Positions 17,866-27,947 are shown, numbered from the stretch's first letter. The stretch: DNA of 64,000 nt from an uncultured Leptospira sp. (GCA_964509195.1 CAZDWJ010000001.1:30311-94310); one strand, 5' to 3'. Notes: generated by a model from the sequence alone, not told the origin. Translations and numbers: made by a program.

Positions 17866-18362
17866 GTTTTAAACCGGGTTGGTGATCTTCAAAAAGGGAA
17901 TACCCTTTTGTATTTCACTACAACCCCCTGTCCCTCATTTTGCTTAGAACAAAATGCATAAAAAAAATGAAGAACACGGCGTTGTAGTTACTTCAATTTA
18001 AGTTTTCAAAGAACCTTACAGCTTATAGTGATGTTCGGTAGTATTATTTATATTATTAAAGGCAATAATGCACTAATATAGTCATTATAAGCCGTTTATT
18101 TCAAATTATAGAGTATTATGACTCAATTTTATCTATTTTTTGAATTTTTGAGCATATTAACCCTTAATCATCATTTCGGAATATAAAATTCTGGCTTTAG
18201 AATTTTTTTAAAATTTTTCATCAGTTTATATGCTATACTATTTTAAATTAAATTATTAGGAAGTTTCATTGCTCTCTTTACATCATTAAAATAATGCTTG
18301 TGGCATATTCTAATGTTTATTTTTGAATATTGCTCCAATATTACGTAAAAAAAAGAATAAAC

Positions 18363-18390
18363 TTGACAATAATTGGTCGAATATTAAAAT
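18363..18390 (+). promoter_or_regulatory. sigma70-type promoter candidate TTGACA-N16-TAAAAT
   Basis: Consensus -35 hexamer and good -10 hexamer, ~105 nt upstream of the ATG at 18495. Confidence 0.35.
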
Positions 18391-18494
18391 ATGCAGGTTA
18401 TGTCTATTTTTTTATTGCATATATCTTTTTACATATACCACTATATTGTTAAAATTAGATTATAAAGGATAAAATAAACAGGTTGTAGCCATCT

Positions 18495-19502
18495 ATGGGA
18501 TTGAATCCATTCAAAGAATCAAACATAAGTGACCTCCAGAAACAAATTCAGGAACTGGTGTCTGAAAAGTGGGGTTATATTCGGCAAAGGCTTTTAGACC
18601 AGTGGGAGTATATCAAAAAAAGAGGCAATGAACGTTTAACCATAATGGTTATACCACATTCAGAGAAAAAGATTATTAATCTGCATGTGACCCTTTTTAC
18701 ACTTACTGGAATTATTGTATCATTAATACTTATTCTCACGTTAACATCTATTTTTATTATTAATCATACATCAACTATTAAAGAAGTTTCCCGCCTAAAA
18801 ATGTATGGTTCAAATTCCAAGATACAGATAGCAAAATATAAAGAAGAAATTAATAAGTTATATGATATTTTCCAGCGCTTAAAACCTGAATTATCATACC
18901 TTTATTCATTAACACCAGGAAACAGGGCGGACACCCTCTGGGCAAAGGGTGGAGTGTCCGAAAATATTGACGTTGAAGAACAGTCTTCACCACCTATTGA
19001 AATCCTAAATATTGAAGAGATGGTACAGGATTTAGAAACTGCAAAAGATGTTCTTAAAGATATAAAAAAATTTATGCGGGAGCGGCGCAAGGTTATTGAA
19101 AATACACCATCTATGTGGCCAGTTGATGGTTTTGTGATTGCTCGCTACGGTATTCGTACATCCCCGTATACATTCCAGAAAGAATTTCATGAAGGCGTTG
19201 ACATTGCTTCATTTCCCGGCGCTCCCATCAAAGTAACTGCACCTGGTGTTGTAGAATCAATACGATGGGACAGTCAATTAGGATTAACAGTTTCGGTAAA
19301 ACATAAATATGGCTTTGTTACAGCCTATTCCCACTGCCAGAGAGTAACTGTTGAAGAAGGACAAAAAGTAACAAAAGGTGAAGTTATTGGTTACGTTGGG
19401 AAAACTGGGAATGCCACCCGTCATATTTGCTTCTACCAGATCAAGATTGGTACAGAATTTGTTGATCCGCTACCTTATCTGAACAAGGTTGTAAACCAGT
19501 AA
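18495..19502 (+). CDS. membrane-anchored M23 (LytM-type) metallopeptidase
   Basis: One N-terminal TM segment, a coiled-coil linker and an M23 domain (HEGVDIA, YSHCQ, GKTGNATRHICFYQIKIG...VDPLPYL). Confidence 0.85.
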   Translation: MGLNPFKESNISDLQKQIQELVSEKWGYIRQRLLDQWEYIKKRGNERLTIMVIPHSEKKIINLHVTLFTLTGIIVSLILILTLTSIFIINHTSTIKEVSRLKMYGSNSKIQIAKYKEEINKLYDIFQRLKPELSYLYSLTPGNRADTLWAKGGVSENIDVEEQSSPPIEILNIEEMVQDLETAKDVLKDIKKFMRERRKVIENTPSMWPVDGFVIARYGIRTSPYTFQKEFHEGVDIASFPGAPIKVTAPGVVESIRWDSQLGLTVSVKHKYGFVTAYSHCQRVTVEEGQKVTKGEVIGYVGKTGNATRHICFYQIKIGTEFVDPLPYLNKVVNQ

Positions 19503-19505
19503 ATA

Positions 19506-20528
19506 TTATTCTTCTTCACTTCGTTTGCTGACAAGTAATTCATCAGGTATTTCTTCTATCTTTTCGCCAATCTGTACTGCAACCCTGTTCCCGATAACAC
19601 CTGGACGGCATTTATATTTCTTTCTTCCACCAATTTTTACTGTCATGTCCGAATTTATTTTTGTATTAGGGAGCTTAATCACATCTCCCACCTGTATTGC
19701 AAGCAATTCTTCCATGGTTATTTCCACTTCACCTACTTCAACAACGATAGGCAATTCAACTGATTCTAAACGGCTTTGAATAATGGCAGCATTTTCATCA
19801 GTTGCGCCTTTCCGGATGCTTGAATACCAGTACTGAGCTGAAAGCTTGGAAATAACCGGTTCTATGGTAATATAGGGAATACATAGGTTTATCATACCCT
19901 CAACTTCGCCTACCTTTGTTTCAAGCGTAACAAGCACCACCATATCATTGGGGGGTACAATCTGAGCAAACTGTGGATTTGTTTCTATATTACCAAGACG
20001 CGGGCGCAAGTCAATTACGTTTGACCATGCTTCACGGAGATTGCCAAGAATTCTTACAATAATGCCTTCCATAACCGATAGCTCAATATCTGTAAGTTCA
20101 CGGCTTATTTTGGTGGATTCGCCGGTCCCACCAAAAAGCTTGTCAATTATGGTAAAGGTAATTGAAGGGTCTATCTCCAACACGGCTGAGCCCTTCAGAG
20201 GGTCCATATTAATAACAGCAAGGGTAGTTGGGTTGGGAATAGAACGAATGAATTCCTCATAGGTTAGCTGGTCAACCGATGCTACGTGTACACTTACCAG
20301 TGCCCGTAACTGTGCCGAAAGAGCTGTGGTGGTCAAACGCGCAAAGGTTTCATGCATCATCTGCAGGGTTCTAATTTGGTCTTTGGAGAACTTATCAGGG
20401 CGCCTGAAGTCATAAATTTTAACCTTACGCTGCTCTTTTACAGCAGTATAGTCTGTTGTATCCGCCTCTCCTGTTGAGATGGCAGTTAACAGGGCATCGA
20501 TTTCATCCTGTGAAAGTATCTCTGTCAT
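19506..20528 (-). CDS. fliM: flagellar motor switch protein FliM
   Basis: 340 aa. N-terminal CheY-P binding peptide LSQDEIDALL, a FliM middle domain and a C-terminal SpoA/FliN-like domain. Confidence 0.9.
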   Translation of the reverse strand: MTEILSQDEIDALLTAISTGEADTTDYTAVKEQRKVKIYDFRRPDKFSKDQIRTLQMMHETFARLTTTALSAQLRALVSVHVASVDQLTYEEFIRSIPNPTTLAVINMDPLKGSAVLEIDPSITFTIIDKLFGGTGESTKISRELTDIELSVMEGIIVRILGNLREAWSNVIDLRPRLGNIETNPQFAQIVPPNDMVVLVTLETKVGEVEGMINLCIPYITIEPVISKLSAQYWYSSIRKGATDENAAIIQSRLESVELPIVVEVGEVEITMEELLAIQVGDVIKLPNTKINSDMTVKIGGRKKYKCRPGVIGNRVAVQIGEKIEEIPDELLVSKRSEEE

Positions 20529-20531
20529 AGA

Positions 20532-21443
20532 TTATTCCTTAACTATTGATGCATCTAAATTAACTATCACCCATAAATCTTTATGGGGTTCCAAAGTATC
20601 CCTGTATTTCATTATTGCTGGGAACCGCGGACCCCACCGCTTTACCTTAACATCCACATATGCTACATTCGTCTGGGGTATTATCTGTTCACCAATTATT
20701 GAAAAGTCAATCAAATAATCAGGCCTCTGCTTTGTAATAAAATTAATAAAATCCTGCTGCACAATCAAGCGTTCGTAATCATTTGTTGTGGAATAGCGCT
20801 TGGCAAATTCTGAATATGCATAAATAAACTTTTCTATATTGATATATTTAATCACATTCTGCCATTGTTTGTTCTTCTCGGCCATTAATGCTAGCATGAC
20901 TACTTCTGAAGGGGCAATCTTTCGTTCATGCTTTATAATGCCAGTACGCATGGCAAATTCGGGTACAGGTAACACTTTAATAGTCAATTCATTAGCAGAT
21001 TTGATTACGTATGCATCTTTGGCATCAGGGTAAAAATATGCTTTTACCCTGTATTTTTCATTCTTTGTTAATGAATAGAAGTTATTGCAAAATGCGGTAT
21101 ACACAAATTTTTCATCAGGCTGTAATATTATTGTGCGCCCCTGTTCATTACCAAGGATTTGTGCGGTTGGTATATTTTTTAAGCGGTATTCTACTTTTAA
21201 TGGGGCTTCTTTGCCTTCCATTGAATATACTACGGGCTGGAACGTGGTATATGGCACATCATACACTGTAAATTCGACAGGTACATCTGCAGTATTGTGA
21301 ACAATACAGTATACGATTATATCATCGTTTTCATCATAGGAAACTTTTGGGCTGACTACTGTTACTTTAAGATACTCACCGCCCTCAGGATAAATAGCAA
21401 CAGCAAGTAGTATGAAAACAACTGTCAATACTATTTTTTTCAT
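20532..21443 (-). CDS. secreted protein of unknown function
   Basis: Signal peptide MKKIVLTVVFILLAVAIYP. The N-terminal half is beta-rich and the C-terminal half looks NTF2-like. Its stop lies 3 nt before the fliM ATG. Confidence 0.55.
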   Translation of the reverse strand: MKKIVLTVVFILLAVAIYPEGGEYLKVTVVSPKVSYDENDDIIVYCIVHNTADVPVEFTVYDVPYTTFQPVVYSMEGKEAPLKVEYRLKNIPTAQILGNEQGRTIILQPDEKFVYTAFCNNFYSLTKNEKYRVKAYFYPDAKDAYVIKSANELTIKVLPVPEFAMRTGIIKHERKIAPSEVVMLALMAEKNKQWQNVIKYINIEKFIYAYSEFAKRYSTTNDYERLIVQQDFINFITKQRPDYLIDFSIIGEQIIPQTNVAYVDVKVKRWGPRFPAIMKYRDTLEPHKDLWVIVNLDASIVKE

Positions 21444-21509
21444 ATTAATATCTATCGTACAAAGAGTAAAAATCCTTACTCACTTTATCGACGATACGGC
21501 TACTATTCG

Positions 21510-23387
21510 TTACCAAAATATATGCTTTGCTAATGCTTTTTGCATTATGGGTAAAAGTTTTGCTTTTGGTTTACGGTCAAATGAAAATACGCCATTGGTT
21601 TCCTGAAAGGTATCGGTAAACTGTGTGTAGCAAAATCCCTGAATCTGGGAAAACTTTGCAAGGATGGCGCAATGTTTTTGAAAACTTTCTTCCAGAGTGT
21701 TTGCTTCAGACTGATACATACCAAAGCCAAATCCTCCCATTTCACTTATCACAAGCGGCGCTTTTGTATCGCCATATCCTTTTAAATAAGGAGTCTGAAC
21801 ATTCTCCTTGCCCATAATCATGGAAATAAAATTTGCCCACAGTGGTGCTTCACGAACGCCTGCTACAAGCCTGCGGTAAAATTCTTCAATATCATCAAAC
21901 CTCTTTAGATAATGATGAATATCGGCAATATCACTTTTAACATGATGGAATCCACTGTTATCAATTACTAAATAACCAGGGTAATCTGCCTTTACCGTCT
22001 CATACACAGAAATAAGTTGATCCCGCACCCGTTTTGAAAAAAACATTGAATACAACCCCCAGCTTTCATTATAGAGCACAATCGTAATGATGGACGGATG
22101 CATACAATCACGCTTCATCACTTCATGTAGTTGAGTATACAACTTCTTCATATTTTTTTGTAATGGGAGATAGTAACTGGGCATTTCTTCCCACACCAGA
22201 AAACCCAGAAGATCAGCCCAATATAAAAACCGTGGATCCTCTATCTTCTGGTGAATACGGCATCCGTTAAATCCCATCGATTTCATATTTTCAATATCAG
22301 TTTTATACATGGAGTTATCGGCAGGTCTGTATAACCCTTGCGGATAATATCCCTGATTTAGCAGAAGACGCTGATACAGATTTTTTTTATTAAGCATTAT
22401 AGTGCCGTCTTTAATTTCAATATCTCTTTTCCCAAAATAACTGTAAATGCAGTCTATCTCTTTTGTTCCTTTTTTTAAGACTATTCGAATTGGATGAAGT
22501 GCAGGATACTGGGGACCCCATACAGCAAAAAGAGATTCAGGCAATTCAAACACAACCTCACCTTTTTTAAACACATCAAACATCACTATGTCGCGGAATA
22601 CCTTGATTGGTGTTTTCAGTACACTTTTTTTCCCATGTACCTGCGATGCATAGACTAATAATTCTACCCTGAAATCATTAACTATATTTTCACTGCTTTC
22701 AACATTGATGATAAAACGTATAGTGCTAGCAGCCCTCTTAGCTACCACTGAACTGATGTATGAAGACCCAACCTTCTCAATCCAAACATCCTGCCATATA
22801 CCTGTTATATTGGTATACCATACCATAAATGGTTTATTAAGAAACGTCTGTTTTCCTCGTAGTTGTGATGGCGAGAGGCTATCCTCAACCAGTACTGCCA
22901 GATAGTTAACATCCTCAAAATTAGCAAAAAATGAAAATGGAGTATATCCACCTTCATGTGTGCCAAGAAGCTTGCCATTGAGCCATACAGTACTTTTATA
23001 ATCGCAAGCGCCAAAATGAAGTAGTCCACTTTTACAATCGTCAATGCTGAAAGAACAAAAATACCAGAATTGCTTGTACGATATAACCTGCTCGGGTTGT
23101 ATACCACTTTGCATTTGAAAGTCTTTGTTTATCTCTGCCTCTAACGGGAATGGAACATTAACAAAATATGACTCAAATTCATCTATATTATACCATTGAT
23201 GCACAATTTTCTGAACATTTGTTTTAGAATACCATTGTAACGTTTTACCACGGTTTTTTTTATCAGGCACCACTACCCACTGTCCATTAAGGCTGTATGA
23301 TGGTATTCGTATACAATCTGGCCTTGGGAAATTCTGCCGCTCTTCAATACTGATTGGATTTTTCAATCGTAACTTAACTGGAATCAT
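21510..23387 (-). CDS. glycoside hydrolase family 2 enzyme
   Basis: GH2 sugar-binding N-domain (VWLNGKLLGTHEGGYTPF). The TIM barrel has the acid/base motif LYNESWG and the nucleophile region VISEMGGFG. Confidence 0.8.
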   Translation of the reverse strand: MIPVKLRLKNPISIEERQNFPRPDCIRIPSYSLNGQWVVVPDKKNRGKTLQWYSKTNVQKIVHQWYNIDEFESYFVNVPFPLEAEINKDFQMQSGIQPEQVISYKQFWYFCSFSIDDCKSGLLHFGACDYKSTVWLNGKLLGTHEGGYTPFSFFANFEDVNYLAVLVEDSLSPSQLRGKQTFLNKPFMVWYTNITGIWQDVWIEKVGSSYISSVVAKRAASTIRFIINVESSENIVNDFRVELLVYASQVHGKKSVLKTPIKVFRDIVMFDVFKKGEVVFELPESLFAVWGPQYPALHPIRIVLKKGTKEIDCIYSYFGKRDIEIKDGTIMLNKKNLYQRLLLNQGYYPQGLYRPADNSMYKTDIENMKSMGFNGCRIHQKIEDPRFLYWADLLGFLVWEEMPSYYLPLQKNMKKLYTQLHEVMKRDCMHPSIITIVLYNESWGLYSMFFSKRVRDQLISVYETVKADYPGYLVIDNSGFHHVKSDIADIHHYLKRFDDIEEFYRRLVAGVREAPLWANFISMIMGKENVQTPYLKGYGDTKAPLVISEMGGFGFGMYQSEANTLEESFQKHCAILAKFSQIQGFCYTQFTDTFQETNGVFSFDRKPKAKLLPIMQKALAKHIFW

Positions 23388-23391
23388 AGCT

Positions 23392-24960
23392 TTACATCCT
23401 CTCTAATAGCATTAATATTTTTTGTGCAGCGCGAATGCCATCAACTGCAGAACTTACAATACCGCCGGCATATCCTGCACCTTCACCAACAGGATACAGC
23501 CCTTTACAATTAATTGACTGAAAACTTTTATCACGAACTATCCGTACTGGTGAAGATGTACGCGTTTCAACCCCCACCATAATACCTTCATCAGTTAGAA
23601 ACCCTCTCATCATTAAATCAAAATGGGCGATAGCTCTTTTTAAAGGTTCTTTGATTATATCAGGAAGAATTTCATTAAAATTATTCTCCACAACTCCAGG
23701 TTTATACGTACATACAGGTAGAGAAGAATCAACTGAATTTTGCAAAAAAGATGTCAACCGCTGAGCAGGAGCTATAAATTTTCCACCACCAGCTGTATAT
23801 GCCTTTTCCTCTAATGAAATCTGAAAATTAATACCATCCATTACTTCATCCACATCATCTGGTGCAACAGTTACCACCAATGCAGCATTTGAATTGGCAC
23901 CATCACGTTGTGAATAACTCATCCCGTTTACACAAAGCCGCTTTTTTTCAGATGAAGAATTAATAATATACCCACCCGGACACATACAAAATGAATATAC
24001 GCCTCTGCCTGTAATATCCTTATATGTCAGTCTGTATTCAGCACCACACAATCCATACCTGTCTTTATCTTTACCATACTGTATCTCATCAATAAGCTCC
24101 CGTGGATGTTCAACGCGTACACCTACCGCAAACCCTTTTTTTTGCAATGCAACACCTCTTGTGTGAAGCAACTGGTACACATCACGTGCAGAATGCCCCG
24201 TGGCAAGGACCAGTATATCAGTAACTATCTCACAATCTTTATTAATATAAAATCCTTTTAATTTATTATCTTTTATTACTATATCAGAGAGTCTTTGACC
24301 AAATCGTATTGTGGAATTATGCTTGAGGATATAATTTCTGATATTTTCTATTATGCCAATTAGTCTGTCTGTTCCTATGTGTGGCTTAGCCTCATAGACA
24401 ATTGATGCCGGAGCACCAAACCGTATCAGTAAGTCGTAAAAAAGTTTTATTTCTTTTTTATCTATGCGTGTTGTCAGTTTGCCATCAGAATAGGTGCCTG
24501 CACCACCCTCGCCAAACACTACATTGCTTTCTGTGTTAAGAACCCCCTTTTCCCGCAAAAGAGCTACATCCCTGTGCCGTTCAGCCAGAACCTTGCCTCT
24601 TTCATATATGTCAACCGCTACTCCAGCTTCAATGAGGGTCAAAGCACAAAACAACCCTGCTGGGCCGCAACCAATTACAGGCACACGCATGTTTGTTGTA
24701 ACTTTTGGTATTATTATTGGTTCTTCTTCACAGTAAGGCAATGCTCTGCCAGTAGATATAAGCTTTGTAGCAACCTCTTCAGAGATGTCCACCCAGCAGC
24801 GATAATGATATACTAATGCCTTGCGTGCATCCAGTGATTTGCGAATAATTGAATATGATGTAATGCTGCATCCACAGATATGCGACAGCGTAGTGACTAA
24901 TTCTTCTTCTCTGAAATCTGGTGTAACTGTAAAATCAATAATAACCTTCATATAAACCAC
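23392..24960 (-). CDS. FAD-dependent oxidoreductase (COG2509-like uncharacterised dehydrogenase)
   Basis: Rossmann motif VIGCGPAGLFCAL...ERG and C-terminal GLYPVGEGAGYAGGIVSSAVDG. The stop is 4 nt from the GH2 start. Confidence 0.75.
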   Translation of the reverse strand: MVYMKVIIDFTVTPDFREEELVTTLSHICGCSITSYSIIRKSLDARKALVYHYRCWVDISEEVATKLISTGRALPYCEEEPIIIPKVTTNMRVPVIGCGPAGLFCALTLIEAGVAVDIYERGKVLAERHRDVALLREKGVLNTESNVVFGEGGAGTYSDGKLTTRIDKKEIKLFYDLLIRFGAPASIVYEAKPHIGTDRLIGIIENIRNYILKHNSTIRFGQRLSDIVIKDNKLKGFYINKDCEIVTDILVLATGHSARDVYQLLHTRGVALQKKGFAVGVRVEHPRELIDEIQYGKDKDRYGLCGAEYRLTYKDITGRGVYSFCMCPGGYIINSSSEKKRLCVNGMSYSQRDGANSNAALVVTVAPDDVDEVMDGINFQISLEEKAYTAGGGKFIAPAQRLTSFLQNSVDSSLPVCTYKPGVVENNFNEILPDIIKEPLKRAIAHFDLMMRGFLTDEGIMVGVETRTSSPVRIVRDKSFQSINCKGLYPVGEGAGYAGGIVSSAVDGIRAAQKILMLLERM

Positions 24961-25201
24961 TATTGTTATGATATGTGATAATAATTACCTGATCCACTGT
25001 TATATTTCCCACTTTACTCTCTATGGGCATATCATATACAACAATTGTGCACATATCCCCATAAAAAAAGATAGACATTTTATAAAATTATTCTCTAATA
25101 GTAAATATTAATTTCATGATAGTTCTTCTGCACTAATTGCTGCATATTCCGTGATTAGAGATCTGGGACACTAGCATTTTGAAGGTAAATGGTGAAAGTG
25201 C

Positions 25202-26950
25202 GTGTTACATAATGATATTGAAAAATTCAGTGCCATAAATAAAAGAATAAATTCAAATCTGAAACTATCAGATTTATTAATGCTTATTCTTGATATAACC
25301 AAAGACATGTTGCGTACAGAAGGTTGCTCAATTCTTCTTACCGACCCGGTTACTGAAGATCTTTATTTTTACATTGTAAGAGGAGGAAGCGATTCTCTTA
25401 TTAAAGGGGAGATAGTGCCTAAAGGGAAAGGTATTGCCGGACATGTTGCGTTAACCGGGACCCCCTGTATAGTCAATGATCCACAGAACGATGAGAGATT
25501 TTATAAGGAAATCGACAATAAAGTTCACTTCCATACCCGCAACATTATCTGTGCTCCGATGGTACTTGTTGACAGACTTGTTGGAGTTATTGAGGCAGTC
25601 AACAGTATTGGCAGGGATGCATTCACACAGGATGACCTCAAAGTTCTCATGTATATAGCTGATTCAGCAGCTATTGCCATTTCTCACCGCCAGCTTTATC
25701 AGGATCTGTCTACACGGCTAAAAGAACTTGAAATAATGTATGAGATTTCACAGGCTATTGCACATTCAAGTCCTTCAGAAAACATCTTTTCAAAGATCAT
25801 ACAGCCACTTGCATCGTCAGTGGGCGTTAAGCGGGCATCTATATTATTATACAATACATCAACTGGTAAATTTTCCATTGCATCATCATATAATCTCCCT
25901 GAATCTATACGTTCGCCATTGACAAAGAATCAGGCACCCATAGCCTATCATGTTTATACCAGTGGAGACCCATTACTGGTAAATAATATTATAGCCGATC
26001 CATCTCTTGCTTCTTTTGCAAAAATTCATGAATATATCACACCCTCTTTTATATCTATACCACTGCGATATAAAAACAGCATAATAGGTGTTTTAAATCT
26101 GGCTGATAAATTGGACAAAACAAGTTTTGATGCATATGACTTAAGGGTTGCAACTACCATAGCAAATCAAATAGTTGAAGCGTACCAAAATTCTATCTAC
26201 CTGCAACAAACAGAAGAACAACGCAGGCTTGCTCAAGAAATTGACATTGCTGCAGAAATCCAGAAAAGAATACTACCAAAAATCCCTCAATCAATCAATA
26301 ACCACCGCTTAGCAGCATTTAACAAATCTGCTAAAGAGGTAGGAGGCGATTTTTATGACCTTTTCCAGTTTGACAATGAAAAATTTGGATTACTCATTGC
26401 TGATATATCAGGGAAAGGCATCCCTGCAGCGCTATTTATGGGTACAGCCCGTAATGTGTTACGAGCAGAATCGCGTATTAACAATCAGCCAGGCCAGCTA
26501 CTTACACATGCAAATAAATATATTTACGAAGATTCGGAATATGGGATGTTTGTGACCGTATTTTACATGCTTATAGATTCACACAATAAACTTTTAACCT
26601 ATAGTAGTGCAGGCCATAATAATCAACTTCTGATACGTTCAAAAACACTTGAACCTATCCGCGTTAATGCAAAAGGAGTTGCACTTGGTATAACAAATAA
26701 TGCAAAATATGAAGAAAAAGCATTATTTTTTGACGATGGTGATCTTGTTGTCCTTTTTACTGATGGCGTTCTTGATCTTTTAGGTAATGGGAACATGGAT
26801 GCGGGCGAAAAACAGCTTATTGACATCGCGCTTAACTCAATACAAAAAGGACCTGATTATCTTATAACGCGTCTTCAGGATAATCTTATTACTCTTGATG
26901 TTGACAAAGAATTTCTTGATGATTTTACTGTCCTTGCCATTCAATTCTAA
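25202..26950 (+). CDS. GAF-GAF-PP2C (SpoIIE/RsbU-type) serine phosphatase
   Basis: Two GAF-like sensor regions followed by a PP2C domain (VGGDFYD, LLIADISGKGIPAALFM, VLFTDGV, DDFTVLAI). GTG start. Confidence 0.85.
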   Translation: MLHNDIEKFSAINKRINSNLKLSDLLMLILDITKDMLRTEGCSILLTDPVTEDLYFYIVRGGSDSLIKGEIVPKGKGIAGHVALTGTPCIVNDPQNDERFYKEIDNKVHFHTRNIICAPMVLVDRLVGVIEAVNSIGRDAFTQDDLKVLMYIADSAAIAISHRQLYQDLSTRLKELEIMYEISQAIAHSSPSENIFSKIIQPLASSVGVKRASILLYNTSTGKFSIASSYNLPESIRSPLTKNQAPIAYHVYTSGDPLLVNNIIADPSLASFAKIHEYITPSFISIPLRYKNSIIGVLNLADKLDKTSFDAYDLRVATTIANQIVEAYQNSIYLQQTEEQRRLAQEIDIAAEIQKRILPKIPQSINNHRLAAFNKSAKEVGGDFYDLFQFDNEKFGLLIADISGKGIPAALFMGTARNVLRAESRINNQPGQLLTHANKYIYEDSEYGMFVTVFYMLIDSHNKLLTYSSAGHNNQLLIRSKTLEPIRVNAKGVALGITNNAKYEEKALFFDDGDLVVLFTDGVLDLLGNGNMDAGEKQLIDIALNSIQKGPDYLITRLQDNLITLDVDKEFLDDFTVLAIQF

Positions 26951-26966
26951 TTGTTATGGATAAATC

Positions 26967-27947
26967 ATGAAAAAGGCCCGTTACATTTTTTTACTAATAG
27001 GAATAGTAATACTTTTTTTTCTTTTTAAAACGTTTGGTTTTCAAAAAACAATTTCACAAATAATTTCCGTTGGCTGGGGTTTTTGGGTTATCGTTAGTAT
27101 ATTCATTTTCAGCCATATATTTCTTACTTTAGGATGGAAGGTTTTAATCAACCATCCCATTAATTTTAAAACATTTATCATTCTAATACTTGCCCGTATA
27201 GGTGGCGACTCAACATCTTCAATAAACGCATTTGGTTCTCTTGCTGGGGAACCGTTAAAAGCAATGTATATGAAAGATTACATCCCTTTACAGATAGGGC
27301 TAGCCTCCGTAGTTCTGGACAGGACCGCACATTCGCTTGCAAACGCATTAATGTTTTTAACCGGGATTATATTGAGTTTATTTATTCTCAATCTACCATT
27401 ATACATAACCATTATTGCATTAGGATTTTTTTTGCTTACCCTGATCGTTACTGCCCTTATTATAAAAAAACAAAGGGAAGGTTTACTTGATTTTATTATT
27501 TCAATACTTCCATCACGATTGCATAAAAAAATAATAACGGAGGAAAGGCAAAAAAAAATTGAAGAGTTAGATGAAGAAATTAAATATATTTTTAGCAGCA
27601 AATCGCATATACACAAGTTCATCCTATCAATACTGCTTCACTATTTTGCAGTAACCATATCCTGTACTTTAGAAATATATCTTATAGTATATTTTCTCAA
27701 TATACCTTTTAATATCTACCATGCACTTTTTCTATATGTATTTGGGCTCTTTTTAACTTCAGTCATGTTTTTCATGCCAGCAAATTTAGGTACCAGTGAA
27801 GGTTCATATTCATTAGCCCTCAAACTGTTAGGCTATGATCCATCATTGGGGCTTACTATTGGTATTGTACGCAGATTACGGACTTTTGTGTGGTCAATAA
27901 TTGGTATTATAATACTTATGCTTGCCGGCTTGAAAAAGAACGAATAA
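26967..27947 (+). CDS. flippase-like / lysylphosphatidylglycerol-synthase-TM-region family membrane protein (UPF0104-like)
   Basis: About 8 TM segments with a central basic loop (KKQREG...RQKKIEELDEE). This is resemblance by eye only. It starts 17 nt after the phosphatase gene. Confidence 0.45.
   Translation: MKKARYIFLLIGIVILFFLFKTFGFQKTISQIISVGWGFWVIVSIFIFSHIFLTLGWKVLINHPINFKTFIILILARIGGDSTSSINAFGSLAGEPLKAMYMKDYIPLQIGLASVVLDRTAHSLANALMFLTGIILSLFILNLPLYITIIALGFFLLTLIVTALIIKKQREGLLDFIISILPSRLHKKIITEERQKKIEELDEEIKYIFSSKSHIHKFILSILLHYFAVTISCTLEIYLIVYFLNIPFNIYHALFLYVFGLFLTSVMFFMPANLGTSEGSYSLALKLLGYDPSLGLTIGIVRRLRTFVWSIIGIIILMLAGLKKNE

Noticed and set aside
17960-18000. Sigma28-type promoter for flaB (TAAA-N16-GCCGTGTT)
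   Set aside because: Only the GCCG core matches GCCGATAA and the spacing is off by one. This is too weak to call, so the flaB promoter is left unassigned.
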